Shown: positions 11,881-24,270 of the stretch, piece by piece
Layout: every line of letters begins with the position of its first letter
Numbering within the stretch: position 1 is the first letter of the stretch
Assembly (NCBI GenBank): GCA_032718475.1
Contig: JAUCBJ010000532.1
Location: 1-63,848, forward strand
Direction of reading: 5' to 3'
Source of the DNA: Nemertoderma westbladi
Lineage: Eukaryota; Animalia; Xenacoelomorpha
DNA length: 63,848 bases
Made by a program: the position numbers and the translations under genes
Notes under the pieces: generated by a model
Told to the model about the DNA's origin: nothing
The model's database searches: none
What the model saw: only the letters and a program-made list of their open reading frames with translations

Positions 11881-12410
11881 TGTTAGCTTATTCAATCCCG
11901 CTAACATCCCATAAAGTTATAAGCCGATAAGCAATATTGGGAGCCACGAGATTGGATAATTAACCAACTCGTGCCATCCCAATAAGAATGGGAAGGAAGC
12001 ACACAATAGAGGGTCAGGGGCCAAACCCCTAACCCAGAGAGAATAGGTGGAGTGAACGGGAACACTCCAAAGGGCGCCAACAAGGGTATCAACCAATCAG
12101 AGGGGGGCAAGGCATCGATTAGGTAGTGATTAGGCCAACCGTGCAATATAACCAGTAACCCAATATCAGTAATTCAGTTATCTCAGTGCAGTAGTGCTAG
12201 CATAGGTTAATTAGTTTAGATAGGGGAGCACGGGACTTTTAGTTACCGTATCCCGCCTTCCATATACTATACAATATATCTATATCTTATACCTCTATTA
12301 TTATACACCGAACTTCAGAACTCATTTTACTTTCATTCACTCTTTATACACGGCGGGGACGCGTGAACTAAATACCGGATAAATCGGGATCCCTCCTGGA
12401 TCCCGTCACA
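11881..12410 (+). repeat. 3' LTR (530 bp)
   Basis: Direct repeat of 5152-5681, followed by the TATAT TSD. Confidence 0.96.
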
Positions 12411-14540
12411 TATATAAAGCGACGTAAAGACGAAAAGAAAATAATAGCCTCGCGCAGGTACAAAACCATTCAACATTAAGATTTGTAGAAAAATTAGGGG
12501 GGGGGGCGTGTCACTGAATTACGACACTATATTCTGGGACATGGTGTATATATTATGTAATACTGCATCAAGTTCAAAGGTATAATATTGACTGTAATTA
12601 AAATATGGAGATTTAAAAAAAGTTTTGGAACAATCAGGTCAGCTGAAACTTGGTGGAAGTATTTGGGTAAAATGTGATAACTCTGAATACTTAATTTCCT
12701 TCGCTTCGAAATAAATTTATTTACTTTGAAAATAACTGGAATAAGTTGTCTTCTAGAATGTAATAAGAAAGTCACAAACAACTGCAAATAAAAAAGACAG
12801 GGACGCAAATACCATCTCTGCGAATTAATATCACGCCTCAATGTTAAATTCTGAATTTAGGGAAAGGAGCAGTATTCGAAGAGACAGTAACAAAGTACCC
12901 TGCAATATCCTACTGTAAAGTCTGTGAATCAAAACGTAATCCGACCTTCTCACCAAAACAGTAAACTCTAAGTAAGCAAACTATTGCAGTATCGGTCTCT
13001 TATAACCGGTGAGGCAGAAGACAGTCTACGGACGGACAAACTTCGATAAAACAAAATCCCGCGCAGCGAATCCTAAAATCGGGCTGACTCACTGACGGAC
13101 TAAGGGCGCTCGTATACTTTGCCGCGGTGTGATTTATATGTGGGTGAGAGATAGAGGCGCTAGCTAGATGTCTAACTAGCGGGCAAAGTGCAGTACGGAC
13201 AAAATTATTTTATATATTTTGAGGTGTAAATAATTCTTAACGCGTGTGTCTTGATTCTAACAGTCAAAATCAGTTTTAGATCCTTCACATATATAATTAC
13301 TGGGTCGGGTGTACATTTTACAAATATTCTAATTTTATAACTTGTAGGTCCAATACTCACGAATGATAAGGCTCCTTCCCCTTTTGTGTATTTCCAGGAC
13401 TCAAATTCAGGCATAAGGTTAATACTACGCCCAGAATTCGGCAATTTAATTTACCAGGTCCCTAATACTAAGAAGAAATGTGTTAGTTTACTACAGTAGG
13501 CGTACAGTTACAAATAGCTAGCCTGGCGTCCTATCTAGAATTTTGGTTGCCTAGGTGGGCACGGCAACTCCCTATCAGAATGTCGGCGGGGACACGGTAG
13601 ATGTTAGTATCCCTAATAGCCTCAATTTATTGCGCCTAGCAGTAAACTGCCCTACCGCCTGAACGGTACAATCCCAATTCAAGTAAAAACACAGTAACCC
13701 TTCCTGGCCTACAAGTTCTAATGCAAATGGACACCGTTGTACTACAAACAAGCCACCGACGCACCTATACCTGGCAAATGAGTTAGGCGTACAGCTTGCT
13801 GCACCCTACTAATGTGCATGCCTTGTACTGGTGTGCCTGCGTCCTATCTGTGTACTAGTATCTCTCTGCCTGATCTCTTCCTCCCCCGTAGGAATGTGAA
13901 GGTCTACTGCGGGTTTTTCTGAATTAAGACAGTACAGTCCCTAAATGTAATTTTTAGCGCACAGCGTGTCAGTACCTCTACCTTCGATCTTAGGTCTTAC
14001 GCTTAGGTAACGAGGCATCGAACGCTGTCTAACCTTTCAGGCGATGGGCGAATAACTAAGAATGGGTATTGCGGGTTGTCTCCTTCCTACATTCCTCCGA
14101 TGTTCCCGTCTATTGCCGCGGTCCGATGTCTAGCCTGCCATCTGTCTTTCAGTGGTGTTCACCGTGGTGAAACATAGTAAAAGCAGATGTAACAAATGCT
14201 TTCTAACTTTATTAAAAATAAACGATAACTAATATACAATAAATGTAACAAGAAGTAGTATCAGAAGTGAATGTGGTTGGAAGTGATAACTAATGAACAA
14301 ATCGCACCTTTTATAGCAAATTAGTGCTGCTAACAATCTAGATAAATCTAGATTGTTCTATGAGTTCTACTAGGTTTTTAAAGATAATCATTGGTCCAGC
14401 AAACACGTATCTTGCACGACATTGGTTACTATCTAATAACTGCAATCGCATTGGTTAATCTACCTTAAGCAGATACAATTAATTCGTAGCGGTTAATTCA
14501 AATGAGTTGAAACTTAGCATAAAAAATAATTCACACTTAC

Positions 14541-14604
14541 TAGGATTTGAACTCGATACCTACTACACGAATTTCTAACGCTTAACCGACTGAGCTACTG
14601 AACC
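14541..14604 (-). mobile_element. tRNA-like SINE head fragment
   Basis: Minus strand GGTTCAGTAGCTCAGTCGGTTAAGCG...GAGTTCAAATCC has A and B boxes; no convincing cloverleaf. Confidence 0.55.
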
Positions 14605-14995
14605 ACTAAAACAATGTTATACAAATAGATATGGTAAATGCAAATAAGGACTTAATGTAATCTTTATAGCAAGTTAATTCGAACAAAATAAAATTTTGAA
14701 AATCCACGGCTTTATGGGGATATAATTCTATAAGCAGGTTGCCAGTGGCACGTTATTTTTAACCAAAACTATAAACTAAACACAATAGAATAGGTTACAG
14801 TTTTATTTTTGAGAGTAATCAGCTGTTAATTGCGTCCAATTTCTCCTGGAGAGGGATGAATTTGTATTGCGTCCAGTCCCCCCCCCCCCCCCCCCCCCCC
14901 CCTATCTGAAATAAAGAACAATTATTATTAAATAATTTATTTTTGATTCTCAGTATTAATTTGATTTAACAAATATGTTATTTATTATTTATTAC

Positions 14996-15058
14996 CTGGG
15001 ATCTTCTTGGTGCCCTCGAAAACTTCTGATCCTGCTCATCCGCAACAGCTTGCCATTC
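14996..15058 (-). CDS. Candidate linker exon of the FReD gene (EWQAVADEQDQKFSRAPRRSQ)
   Basis: tttttttcaaag| acceptor, CAG|gtaat donor, 63 bp phase 0-0, GC-richer island in AT-rich flanks. Confidence 0.6.
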
Positions 15059-15106
15059 CTTTGAAAAAAATATAATAATATATAAAATTAATAATATATC
15101 TTTAAC

Positions 15107-15545
15107 TGCAAAGTCTAGGTCAGAAAGGTTCTTGGCTGGATATTTTCGTCTTCTGGAGCCAGTAGTGGTTGTTAACCACCGCTTCGATTTTATGATGGTC
15201 TATGGATGAACAAATTCCACCACAATTCGAACAATAATTGTGTGTGCAAGGTGCCACTGTCAATGGTAGACACAAATATCATCGAACCATCGTGTATTGC
15301 TCTGGTTACTGCAGTAATTTCCTGAAAGCATGATGAATATCTGTGCTGAGAAGACTCGGAGTAGAAGTCAACAGACAAAGTTACCGGAGACTGTCTGTTT
15401 CCTTCCATGGTCCCACGACCTTTACGGAACCCATTCTGATTTCCAAGTAGCAGTCTCTCACAACCGGATCCCTGATGCGATTCAATAGAATTCTGTTGTA
15501 TAGCTTTGCAGCAATTATTGAGATCAACGAGATTCCACGAAAAGA
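15107..15545 (-). mobile_element. Degenerate, internally deleted RTE-like LINE fragment
   Basis: Encodes NQNGFRKGRGTME; the reverse complement matches stretches of about 18050-18580. Confidence 0.8.
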
Positions 15546-15987
15546 TCAGTTGAGTATTAGGTTGTCCTTCTTGAGGACGGGAACAAAGAAGGACCCCCCC
15601 CCCCCCCCCCCCCCCCCCCAGCCTCATAATTTTATCTAAATTTCAATCATATGCTACGAATTTTGTTATGATGATAGTTTGACAATATATCCATCCTACT
15701 GCTGATAGAGCGGGATTTTTCCATTTATGAGCTATTTCGATACAACAAGCCGTTGAAAACCTTATTTTAGCAATATTTAGCCATCTCAGTCTGCATTATT
15801 TTTATCATTGTTTAGTTGAGCTTTGAAAACTCTCCATCTTATTTCTTCAACATGCGTTATTAATATTCTAGAATTGAGTAAATAAAACAATTATAATTAT
15901 AGCGATGGTGTATAGTTTACGTAGAAAAATTAAGTTATATGATTCGCTACTGTTTTAAATAAATCCAAATAAATAAACTAAACTTAC

Positions 15988-16695
15988 CATTAAGTTTGCT
16001 TGTATTCTCATCTCCACTTTAGTAGCGGGGTCTTCACCAGTGAAGGTCTTCCAATAGGGCCCCATTTTATCTTTCCTCCCGTAGACCCCATTGAGGTTCG
16101 CATTCCCCCCACACAACCTATACCACCAACCAGACGAGGATTCCTCTCCACAATGACGATTTACGTCTCCGTCTTGGTCCCGATCCTTTGTAGAAAACGA
16201 CTGAAGATTTTGGTTAAAATAGTAGTTTTTATTTAAATATGTATAGGGTTTTGGATAATAGTTGGCACTAAACGAATCTTCGGCATCGCCTTTTATTTTA
16301 CTACCAGTTATGTTGAGCTGATAGTTTGTATCAGCTGAGCCGATTTTGAATGAATCATACTCGATGTACTTGTGAGTTCCGTTGTACCACAAATCCACTC
16401 GCATCTTGACACCATCTTTAGTATATTTATGAAGACTCTCCAATCCCAACCAAAACTCACCATCGACTTCACCAAACCCATCAACGTAGTCCGACCAACC
16501 TCTGTTAAAGTCCATAGACCCATCGACCCGTCTCTGAAACATCAACCAAGGGCCTTCAGCGTACGTCGTGTCGCAACGTATATATCCCCGTAAACTGTAT
16601 AAATTATTACGGATTATTTCCGTGGTATTTTCTTTTACTAGCTGACCACATGGATTACTCCCGCGAGCCGGGCTAAAATTTATCGGATGCGGTTC
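15988..16695 (-). CDS. FReD exon B
   Basis: tgtag|GAA acceptor at 16695, open frame EPHPINF...CDTTYAEGPWLMFQRRVDGSMDFNRGWSDYVDGFG...FWLGLE...FSTKDRDQD...GWWY, donor ATG|gtaagt at 15988. 708 bp, phase 0-0. Confidence 0.9.
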
Positions 16696-17819
16696 CTACA
16701 AATAAAATACAAATTGTATTAATTAATTATGTTTATTACATCCAAACATTTGGATAAAATTTGTCGCACCTACACGTTAAAAGATAATTAATTCCGTAAT
16801 GACTGCTGATTTTAACTTGTTTCATCGCGGTCTAGATTTAGATACCCCTGTGGGAAAATGAATCATTTTCCCTCTGAACAGAGCTACTGTACCATCTTTC
16901 ACCCCAGTTTCTGTATATCTATCTATATCAGTTTTTGTTTCTTAAGGGAAGTTTATAATAATAATTTTTTGTCAAGGTTTTAAATGCCTCAGATGTGATG
17001 TCCGCAATAAAATACTGAGGTTTCCATGAATACGGGTATTTGTTGCTAAACATATTTCTACACAAAATTGATGTGGTGCATATTATTTAGGGAAACATAT
17101 TATTAATAAAGTGCACAGACGAAACAAAAAACACATGAGTGTCAGTAGGCATAGTAGTTTTTCCTTGGAAAGATAGAGCGATAGTTGTAGTGCCTTCGTT
17201 ACCATAGCAACACTTCAATAGTTTCTCTAAAATTGTCATATTTTCGATCAAAATTACCACCAGTTCAAGCCCACCAGTTAATCGCCATTCTGATTGCTAA
17301 GCTTTCAAAGAAATTGCTGTAGTCCATAGAAACGGGTCATTAATTCAAATTGCCCAAGGTGTCAAAGTCCATAAATCACTTTTTTATGTTAAGAGGGACC
17401 CCTAGACACCAAAACATCCAAAAAATGTAATCCGTCCAAAAATTTTCGGTTGGGCCAAAAAGAGGTACGTGGCTGCCGGACTATTAGTATATTATTTACA
17501 ATAGGAAAATATTGTTTGCAGTGGTTGATCGTACACCTAAAGTAGAGTCTGTACTGCTTTTATATGCTATGAATCACTAAATACTTTCAGTTTCAAATAT
17601 AAAGGTATTGAACATGTACAATTTACAACTCCAAAAATAATTAAATTATTAACCTCCTTTCTGCACCAAAAAATCATGCACTCCTTTGCACAAACTCAGA
17701 GAAAGTTAAACCTAAGTAATAATTATTACTAAATATTATTATTGAAAATATAATGATTGTTTTCATCTGTACAACTACATTCCATTCGACTACTACCTTT
17801 TAGGTACCTTTGTAATCCG

Positions 17820-19365
17820 ACAGTGAAGGCAGCTGCAAAGAGCATTAAGACCAATCGTGCCAGTGGAGTAGATGGTGTTCCCCCTCAGGTCTTTAAAATT
17901 ACCAGCGAGTGTTTAAAGCTCATCTATCCCATCATAGTAGACAAGTACCGAACAACAAGAGTCCCACAAGAAATGAAAACAAATAAGTTGGTGCCAGTTC
18001 CCAAGAAGGGCAACCTAACACTCTATGGTTCTTTTCGGGGAATCTTATTGATCTCAATTGCTGCAAAGCTATACAATAGAATTCTATTAAATCGAATCAG
18101 GGATCCCATTGAGAGACTGCTCCGTGGAAATCAGAATGGGTTCCGTAAAGGTCGTGGGACCATGGAGCCCATTTTGGCACTTAGAAGGATAAATGAAGAG
18201 TTATCAAAAAAGAAAGACAGGCATCTGGCTGTTATCTTTGTTGACTTCTTCAAGGCCTTTGATTCAGTCTCTCGCTCACGTATGTTCAGCATACTTTCAT
18301 TATATGGAATTCCTGATGAAATTATTGCAGCAATCAGATCAGTATACGATGGTTCGACAACACTTGTGTCTACTGTTGACGGTGACACAGAACCATTTGA
18401 AGTGTTAGGGGGCGTCCTCCAGGGAGACACACTTGCAACATTCTCATTCATAATTGTGGTTGACTATGTTCTACGCATGTCCTTAGATCATCATAATGAT
18501 GATGGGGTGATGATAACTCCACCGACTGGCTCCAGAAGTCGAGGGAATCCTGCCAAGTACCTAACTTATCTAGACTTTGCTGATGACTTAGGAGTACTCT
18601 CAGAATCGCTAGAGGGAGCCCAACGGCTCCTCAGCTCATTAGAACATGCTGCTTCTAGTGTTGGTCTTTTTATTAACTCCAGAAAGACCAAAATTTTGAC
18701 AGTTAACTTTGAAAGTCCTCAGCAAGTCTCTGAGTGGATGAGCATAAGCTCAAAGGATGATATGCTTGAGCATGTGGACGACTTCTGTTACCTGGGATCT
18801 TGGATCCGGAAGTCAGGTACACGATGCGTTATACCTTCGAATACGTAAGAGAAAGGCATGTGCAGCCTTGAATAGGCTTTCCAGGATTTGGAAGTCACCG
18901 AGAATTAATCGGAAACTTAATGTCCGATTATTTAGAGCAGCAGTAGTTCCAGTACTCCTCTACGGAAGTCCATGCTGGACTCTAACTGCTGAGGACACCA
19001 AATCTCTGTATGGCACATTCACAAGAATGCTACGCCGGGTTCATTGTGTCAAGTACAATGCACACATCTCCAACCAGACACTATATAACATTGGAGGTGT
19101 CTCATTGGTTCCCCCAAGCTTGACACTAGAACAAAATCGCCTCCGCTTTGCAGGACATTGCTTTCGCCATGAGGACCAGCCAGTGCATAATCTTGTACTT
19201 TGGCAGCCTCATTGAGTGAATAAGCATGGTGGACAGCCCATGACTTTCTTGAGACGCATCTTAAAGGAAACAAGCCTTGAAGATGCGGATGATCTAGCAA
19301 ATGTCATGGGTGATAGGGAGTCGTGGCAGCGCAATGTTGTCGACAAGGCGGCACAGCATTCTTAA
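17820..19365 (+). mobile_element. 5'-truncated RTE-clade non-LTR retrotransposon (RT and C-terminus, frameshifted)
   Basis: RASGVDG, PVPKKGNL, NQNGFRKGR, FVDFFKAFDSV, GVLQGDTL, LDFADDL, YLGS. Frameshift near 18830, then LLYGSPCWTL...RLRFAGHC and a stop at 19213. Confidence 0.9.
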
Positions 19366-19510
19366 AAATGCAGCCGCATACTGGCTTTTGTGAGGGATTT
19401 CTTTAAACTGACCAAATTATACACCGTATCATGAATTTACTCGAAAAAGTCAATACTAAATACAACAATAACTTACATCTACTCCGAATAAACCAACCCT
19501 AATAACTTAC

Positions 19511-20245
19511 ATCTACTCCAATGCTTATTTCAACTTTATCCAGAGGGTTATAACGACTAAATGTCCACCAAAACGGTCCTTTACGGTCCGTCGATCCGAA
19601 TCGACCATTTAGTCTAGACAACCCACACATTCTACCTTCTTGGTACCACCATCCCCCAGTCCCAGCTACATTATCACTGGCTGCACAATCCACTCCTAGA
19701 GATACTCGGCCTTTAGTTTTGAATTGAAGACCCGTAACCAATGAATTTCCAGCATTCCCATCAAAACTGGAATAAGTCATAGTAAAATTTGTATCTTCTG
19801 ATCCGACTGCAAAGTTGAAATATTTCGTGTAACTATGCTCTCCTTTGTACCACATATCAATGAGTAGAGTAACTCCGTCTCTAGAGTTCTTGTGGATGTT
19901 CTTCAACCCGATCCAATAATCGCTGTTAACTTCACCAAATCCTTCAACATAGTCGGCCCATTCGCGATCAAAGTCGACCGATCCGTGAACTCGTCGCTGA
20001 ATAACCATCCACTGTCCCGTTTCAGTTGCATGGCAACGTATTGCGCCATTTATTTCGTAAATTTTATCGGGTTTATAAATTCCGCTCTGTTGTTGGTCGC
20101 AGAGAGGGTACTCGTCAGTTAAACACTGTCTAAACTCGTCGCTACGCTCTTGTGTTTCGTCAAGTTTTCTGTTCAATTTTTCATAAAACATCTCGTTTCG
20201 TTTCACAGCAATATTCATAATAAATTTCCGAAATTTTTCTGTTGC
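19511..20245 (-). CDS. FReD exon A
   Basis: ttttag|GCA acceptor, WMVIQRRVHGSVDFDREWADYVEGFG, YWIGLKNIH, GGWWY, LNG, and GAT|gtaagt donor. 735 bp, phase 0-0, clear paralog of exon 400-1143. Confidence 0.88.
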
Positions 20246-21121
20246 CTAAAAGAATATTATAAAGTTATTATGTAAGAAATATCAGAGTTCGTATTTAATA
20301 TATTTACAATTAAAATTTAAAATAATACATTTTATAGTAGTACTAGGAGTGGAACAGTTGTTCGCCTGTAATGAAATTCAAATTATATTCAAAACATAAC
20401 ACATAAGCAATGTATAAAATACTCCTAGGGTGGGTGGTCAATTTATCTATATAACACAATGTCTATTAAATATACTAAACATAGAATACTATTAATATTT
20501 CACTCAAATAGCCTTAATATATCTGAAATATAACTGCATAAGCAAGAACAATTTAATCGTGCTCGCAAAATCTAGAGATGGTACTTATTCGAAGGCTTTC
20601 AGACATCGACATGCGCATACGGGTACTCGTTATGGTCAGCTGCTAATGCGGCTCAAAACCCGTGTAACGTTTCGTGGCTGCGAGGATCGCTTTAACGGTG
20701 GAATACCACCCTCAAAAACACAGACATCTGTTGGTGTCTGGCACCTCACGTAAATAAGAGTTTTCCCCAGTCTTGTATACGTCTTTTCCATTATTTTTAT
20801 ATTATCTACCAGCCAGGTTTCAGATCCTTAGAACTGAAGCAATCACGAAGTAATCAAAAACTTGCCTCTTTAAAGCGAAAGGTATGGAAGTGTTCGAAGT
20901 TAGGACAATTCCGACCCATTCAATGATCTGATGACATTTTCACGGGTTGAAATTGTCCGGGACGGAAGTGTCCTAGGTCGGAATTGTCCGGGTCTGAATT
21001 TTCCGGATCCCAAAAAATAAAAATAATTAATAGAAATTACAATTGAAGAAGAAGCTTGAGTAACCAATAATTACGAATTATATTTATTTATTAATCAAGC
21101 ACGTTAAATAAAAAACCTTAC

Positions 21122-21172
21122 CGGTAGGTGTGTTATTACCAAAGTATGTAAAAAACTAAAAAGCAACAGGAC
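21122..21172 (-). CDS. Possible hydrophobic (signal-peptide-like) exon VLLLFSFLHTLVITHLP
   Basis: tag| acceptor and CCG|gtaagg donor, 51 bp phase 0-0; weak pyrimidine tract, so speculative. Confidence 0.25.
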
Positions 21173-22419
21173 CTAGACGTTGCATGCAATCAGTGATCAG
21201 CTGACAGCCGCTAGCTGATCGTTAGGTTTCGCCCTGCAGCTGAAGACATTCTCAGGAGACCAAGCCAAGCCAGGGCGCGGGGTCACGCTCTTCGCCCATT
21301 GGGTCCTTGAACATTCAGATTAATACTGGGATAAATATTTGAATTTTGGTATACTATCGGTAAAAATTAACACCCTAAATTTTATATTACTATTAGTTAA
21401 ATTAAACACTCTTTAAATTAAATTAAACTTAAAATCATAGTATCTCATTAGGTTCCGAATAGCCAAATTAATCTAAATTACATCAAATATTCCACCAATC
21501 AAAACATTCCACCTCTAAGTAAGCCGCGTCAGTATAGAGGACTTCCACGACTTCTTTTACTGTATTTATATTTAACATTATAAATATCTTAATATTTAAG
21601 GTTTCATAGTTATATCATTGGTCGCTAATATATTATATACACTTTTTTCTTAATATTGCCCTGCTTTACTCTTAGAACTCGTTGTCTTGCCGATCAATAC
21701 GGTAATTTAAGGATATTATCTCTTAATAGTATTGCCATACCACCATACCTAAAGGTGGCAGCGATTACTAGCACCACCGTGCTACACGCTGTTCCATCCG
21801 TCTAAATTAATAAAATTATCAATTTGTAACAATTTAAGTATTCCCATTGTGTATGTATGTATTGTTATTATTGGAAATATTATTGGAAAATAAACTGAAA
21901 TTGAATTGAAAATTGGACCTACCGATCAGCTGGGATGACCTGACCGTGCCAGAAATATTGCAAAAAACTAACTAATGCTTGAAGTTTTTTTACACAATTA
22001 TTTCTCGAACTGTATCATAAATACCATGAAGATAACTGTGTCATCCATAAAGATTAGAAGTGCAATCGCACCCTAAAACACATCAGCTCTCCTATAGATG
22101 TCAGATGAGCAGCATTCTGTGACCGCATCCTAGAGCTTTTAGTTCCTTAATTAATTTATTTCGTGGTACACGGTCATAGGCCTTACTAAAGTCTATGAAA
22201 GCTATAAACTATTTGACTTTCCTGAATTTGGCATAATCGACAAGAGTCAGAGGCTAAGTATTATTTATGCAATACGCATCCACGGCCGCATTTATTTAGA
22301 TGAATCCAGTTCTGTTATTTAACCATCCCCCCCCCCCCCCCCCCCTCGCTAAAAATTTCAGAAATTATTTGTTTTATTGCATGTAGATTTAATTGGGATT
22401 TCTAATTTAAAAACGGCTT

Positions 22420-22690
22420 AGAGAGATCTCATTTAGTATGACAGACAGTCAGACAACCGAAAGACAGACAGACAACCGACAACGGAAAAACTACATTCCA
22501 CCAAATATTATAACTGACATCGGAAATAAACTCAGTGACCCCGAAAACCCCCATAAATACATTTTTAGCTCAAGTTTGTGGTTCCTACATGTCAGACACT
22601 ATTAAAACCAAACAGACCCCGTACAGGTAGTTTTGTACGGGAAGGTTTGAACATGACCTGCTATAAATTCGACCCGCCAAGCTGCTATAA
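22420..22690. mobile_element. Possible Helentron/DINE-1-like non-autonomous fragment
   Basis: (GACA)n microsatellite followed by CAGTGACCCCGAAAACCCC; family assigned from general resemblance only. Confidence 0.3.
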
Positions 22691-23675
22691 AGACCATAAA
22701 TTTAGTGGGCCAGTTATTTCTCTTAGATAGATCTCTTATTTCTCCTGTAACAATAGGTCTAGCGCGTACGTCGCTCTAACTAAAATTATGTCCTCTTTCA
22801 GATGAGACAAATAAAATCTGATAACTCCAGGATTTTACGGACATAAAACAAGGGTTTAAAAAATTTATAGAATTGAATTATTTCACTTGAATTATATTTT
22901 AGTGAATTATTTCAATGACATTTTTGAAATTTAACATTTTTTAATTCCTTGAAATTTATTCGAATCAGAGTATTCAGTGAGTCATACCTTTCGTCACTTA
23001 GTCCATTACTGCTTTATTTATTTTAGACTTGTTTTATTTACTTTATTCTACTGCCTCCTCCCACAACATTAAAAATCCTCGATTTAAGCTTGAAAATCAT
23101 CAATAATAAGTTGTTATATTATAATTATATTAACTAAATCATAGAACATTAAGTCCCAACCCAATATATATTCCTTCCCTCTACTCAAAAAGAATGTAAT
23201 TCTTGTTGTTGATGTAATTTATCTCCGGTACCGTTCGCTCTGTTCGCTCGGTTCGCGATAGACATAAAGGATGTTCTTCCATGACCTGACCAGGAACACC
23301 TATTTCCAAGTGACTTTTTAATAAAAGTTTATATGAAGTTTCAAACAGTCAGGTTGCTGGCTATATTCTAGTATCTAAAAACATGATTACATTAATTCGT
23401 ACAGTTTTTTTATTACATTTACAGCATATAAGGAATCTCTACTGACCCACGGTAAGTTTGGTTTAACGTTCACCATGTGGATCAGTCCGGATTACTTACG
23501 ATGTCAATCAATTCAATTTCTGTCTTCATCAAGTCTTTAGAGTTCCTTCCATCATTTGTATGGTAGGCATTCGTAATTAGACTGCTCGAAGCCAGCAGTA
23601 GAACTAAAATATGTATCACACTCATCTTTCTGCAAAAAATTGGGATACAATTTTAAACAATGTGCAAAATTTATT

Positions 23676-24270
23676 GAACTGGTGACCTCCGGGTTCGGTT
23701 GGAAGTCTGACGCTCTAACCATTCAGGTAGCGGCTCAGGTAAAAGACAGACCTGGAAATACTACCTGATACCTTGTATGTCCGGAATTAGCTCCTCATGG
23801 CCTCCCATCTGTTAATACCATCATATGTTGCCACTGTGCTCAACCCTGCAGTACTTGACCGTCTCAACCCTGCAGTACTTGACCGTCTCAACCCTGCAGT
23901 ACTTGGCTGACGAAACCACTCATTCACCCATAACACCAATAATAAAAATTATAAATAAATACCTGTTATGTACTGCTTTCTCTGTGTGTGTAACTGTCCT
24001 ATCTGAGTTAGTAGTTAGAGTGTATAAATTAATCATTGTGGCCGTGATGGTTCATGGTTAATATACACCACCCTTTCATTGTAGCGAGTGGTTAAAGACG
24101 GTCAGGTTCAGCACAGTGACTGCATATGATGGTATTGAAAGATGGGAGGCGATGAGGAGGTAAATTGCGGACATACAAGGTATCAGGTAGTATTTCCAGG
24201 TCTATCTTTTACCTGAGCCGCTAGCTGAATGGTTAGAACGTCAGACTTCCAACCCGGAGGTCACCAGTTC
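23676..24270. repeat. Inverted repeat with about 170-bp arms containing outward-facing tRNA-like heads
   Basis: 23676-23845 is the diverged reverse complement of 24105-24270. The spacer holds three copies of CTCAACCCTGCAGTACTTG. Confidence 0.9.

Larger units (their letters stand above)
5152..12410 (+). mobile_element. Non-autonomous (gag-only) LTR retrotransposon, recent insertion
   Basis: Two 530-bp TG...CA LTRs, TATAT TSD at 5147-5151 and 12411-12415, PPT GGGGGGGAG directly before the 3' LTR, Gag-like ORF with a CCHC knuckle. No RT, RNase H or integrase motifs seen. Confidence 0.95.

Noticed and set aside
17460-17482. Academ-like terminus (CTGCCGGACTA)
   Set aside because: Only one end seen; no partner TIR or TSD.
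21226-21260. Penelope-type hammerhead-like motif on the minus strand (CTGAGAA...CGAAAC)
   Set aside because: The core deviates from CUGANGA and the stems are weak.
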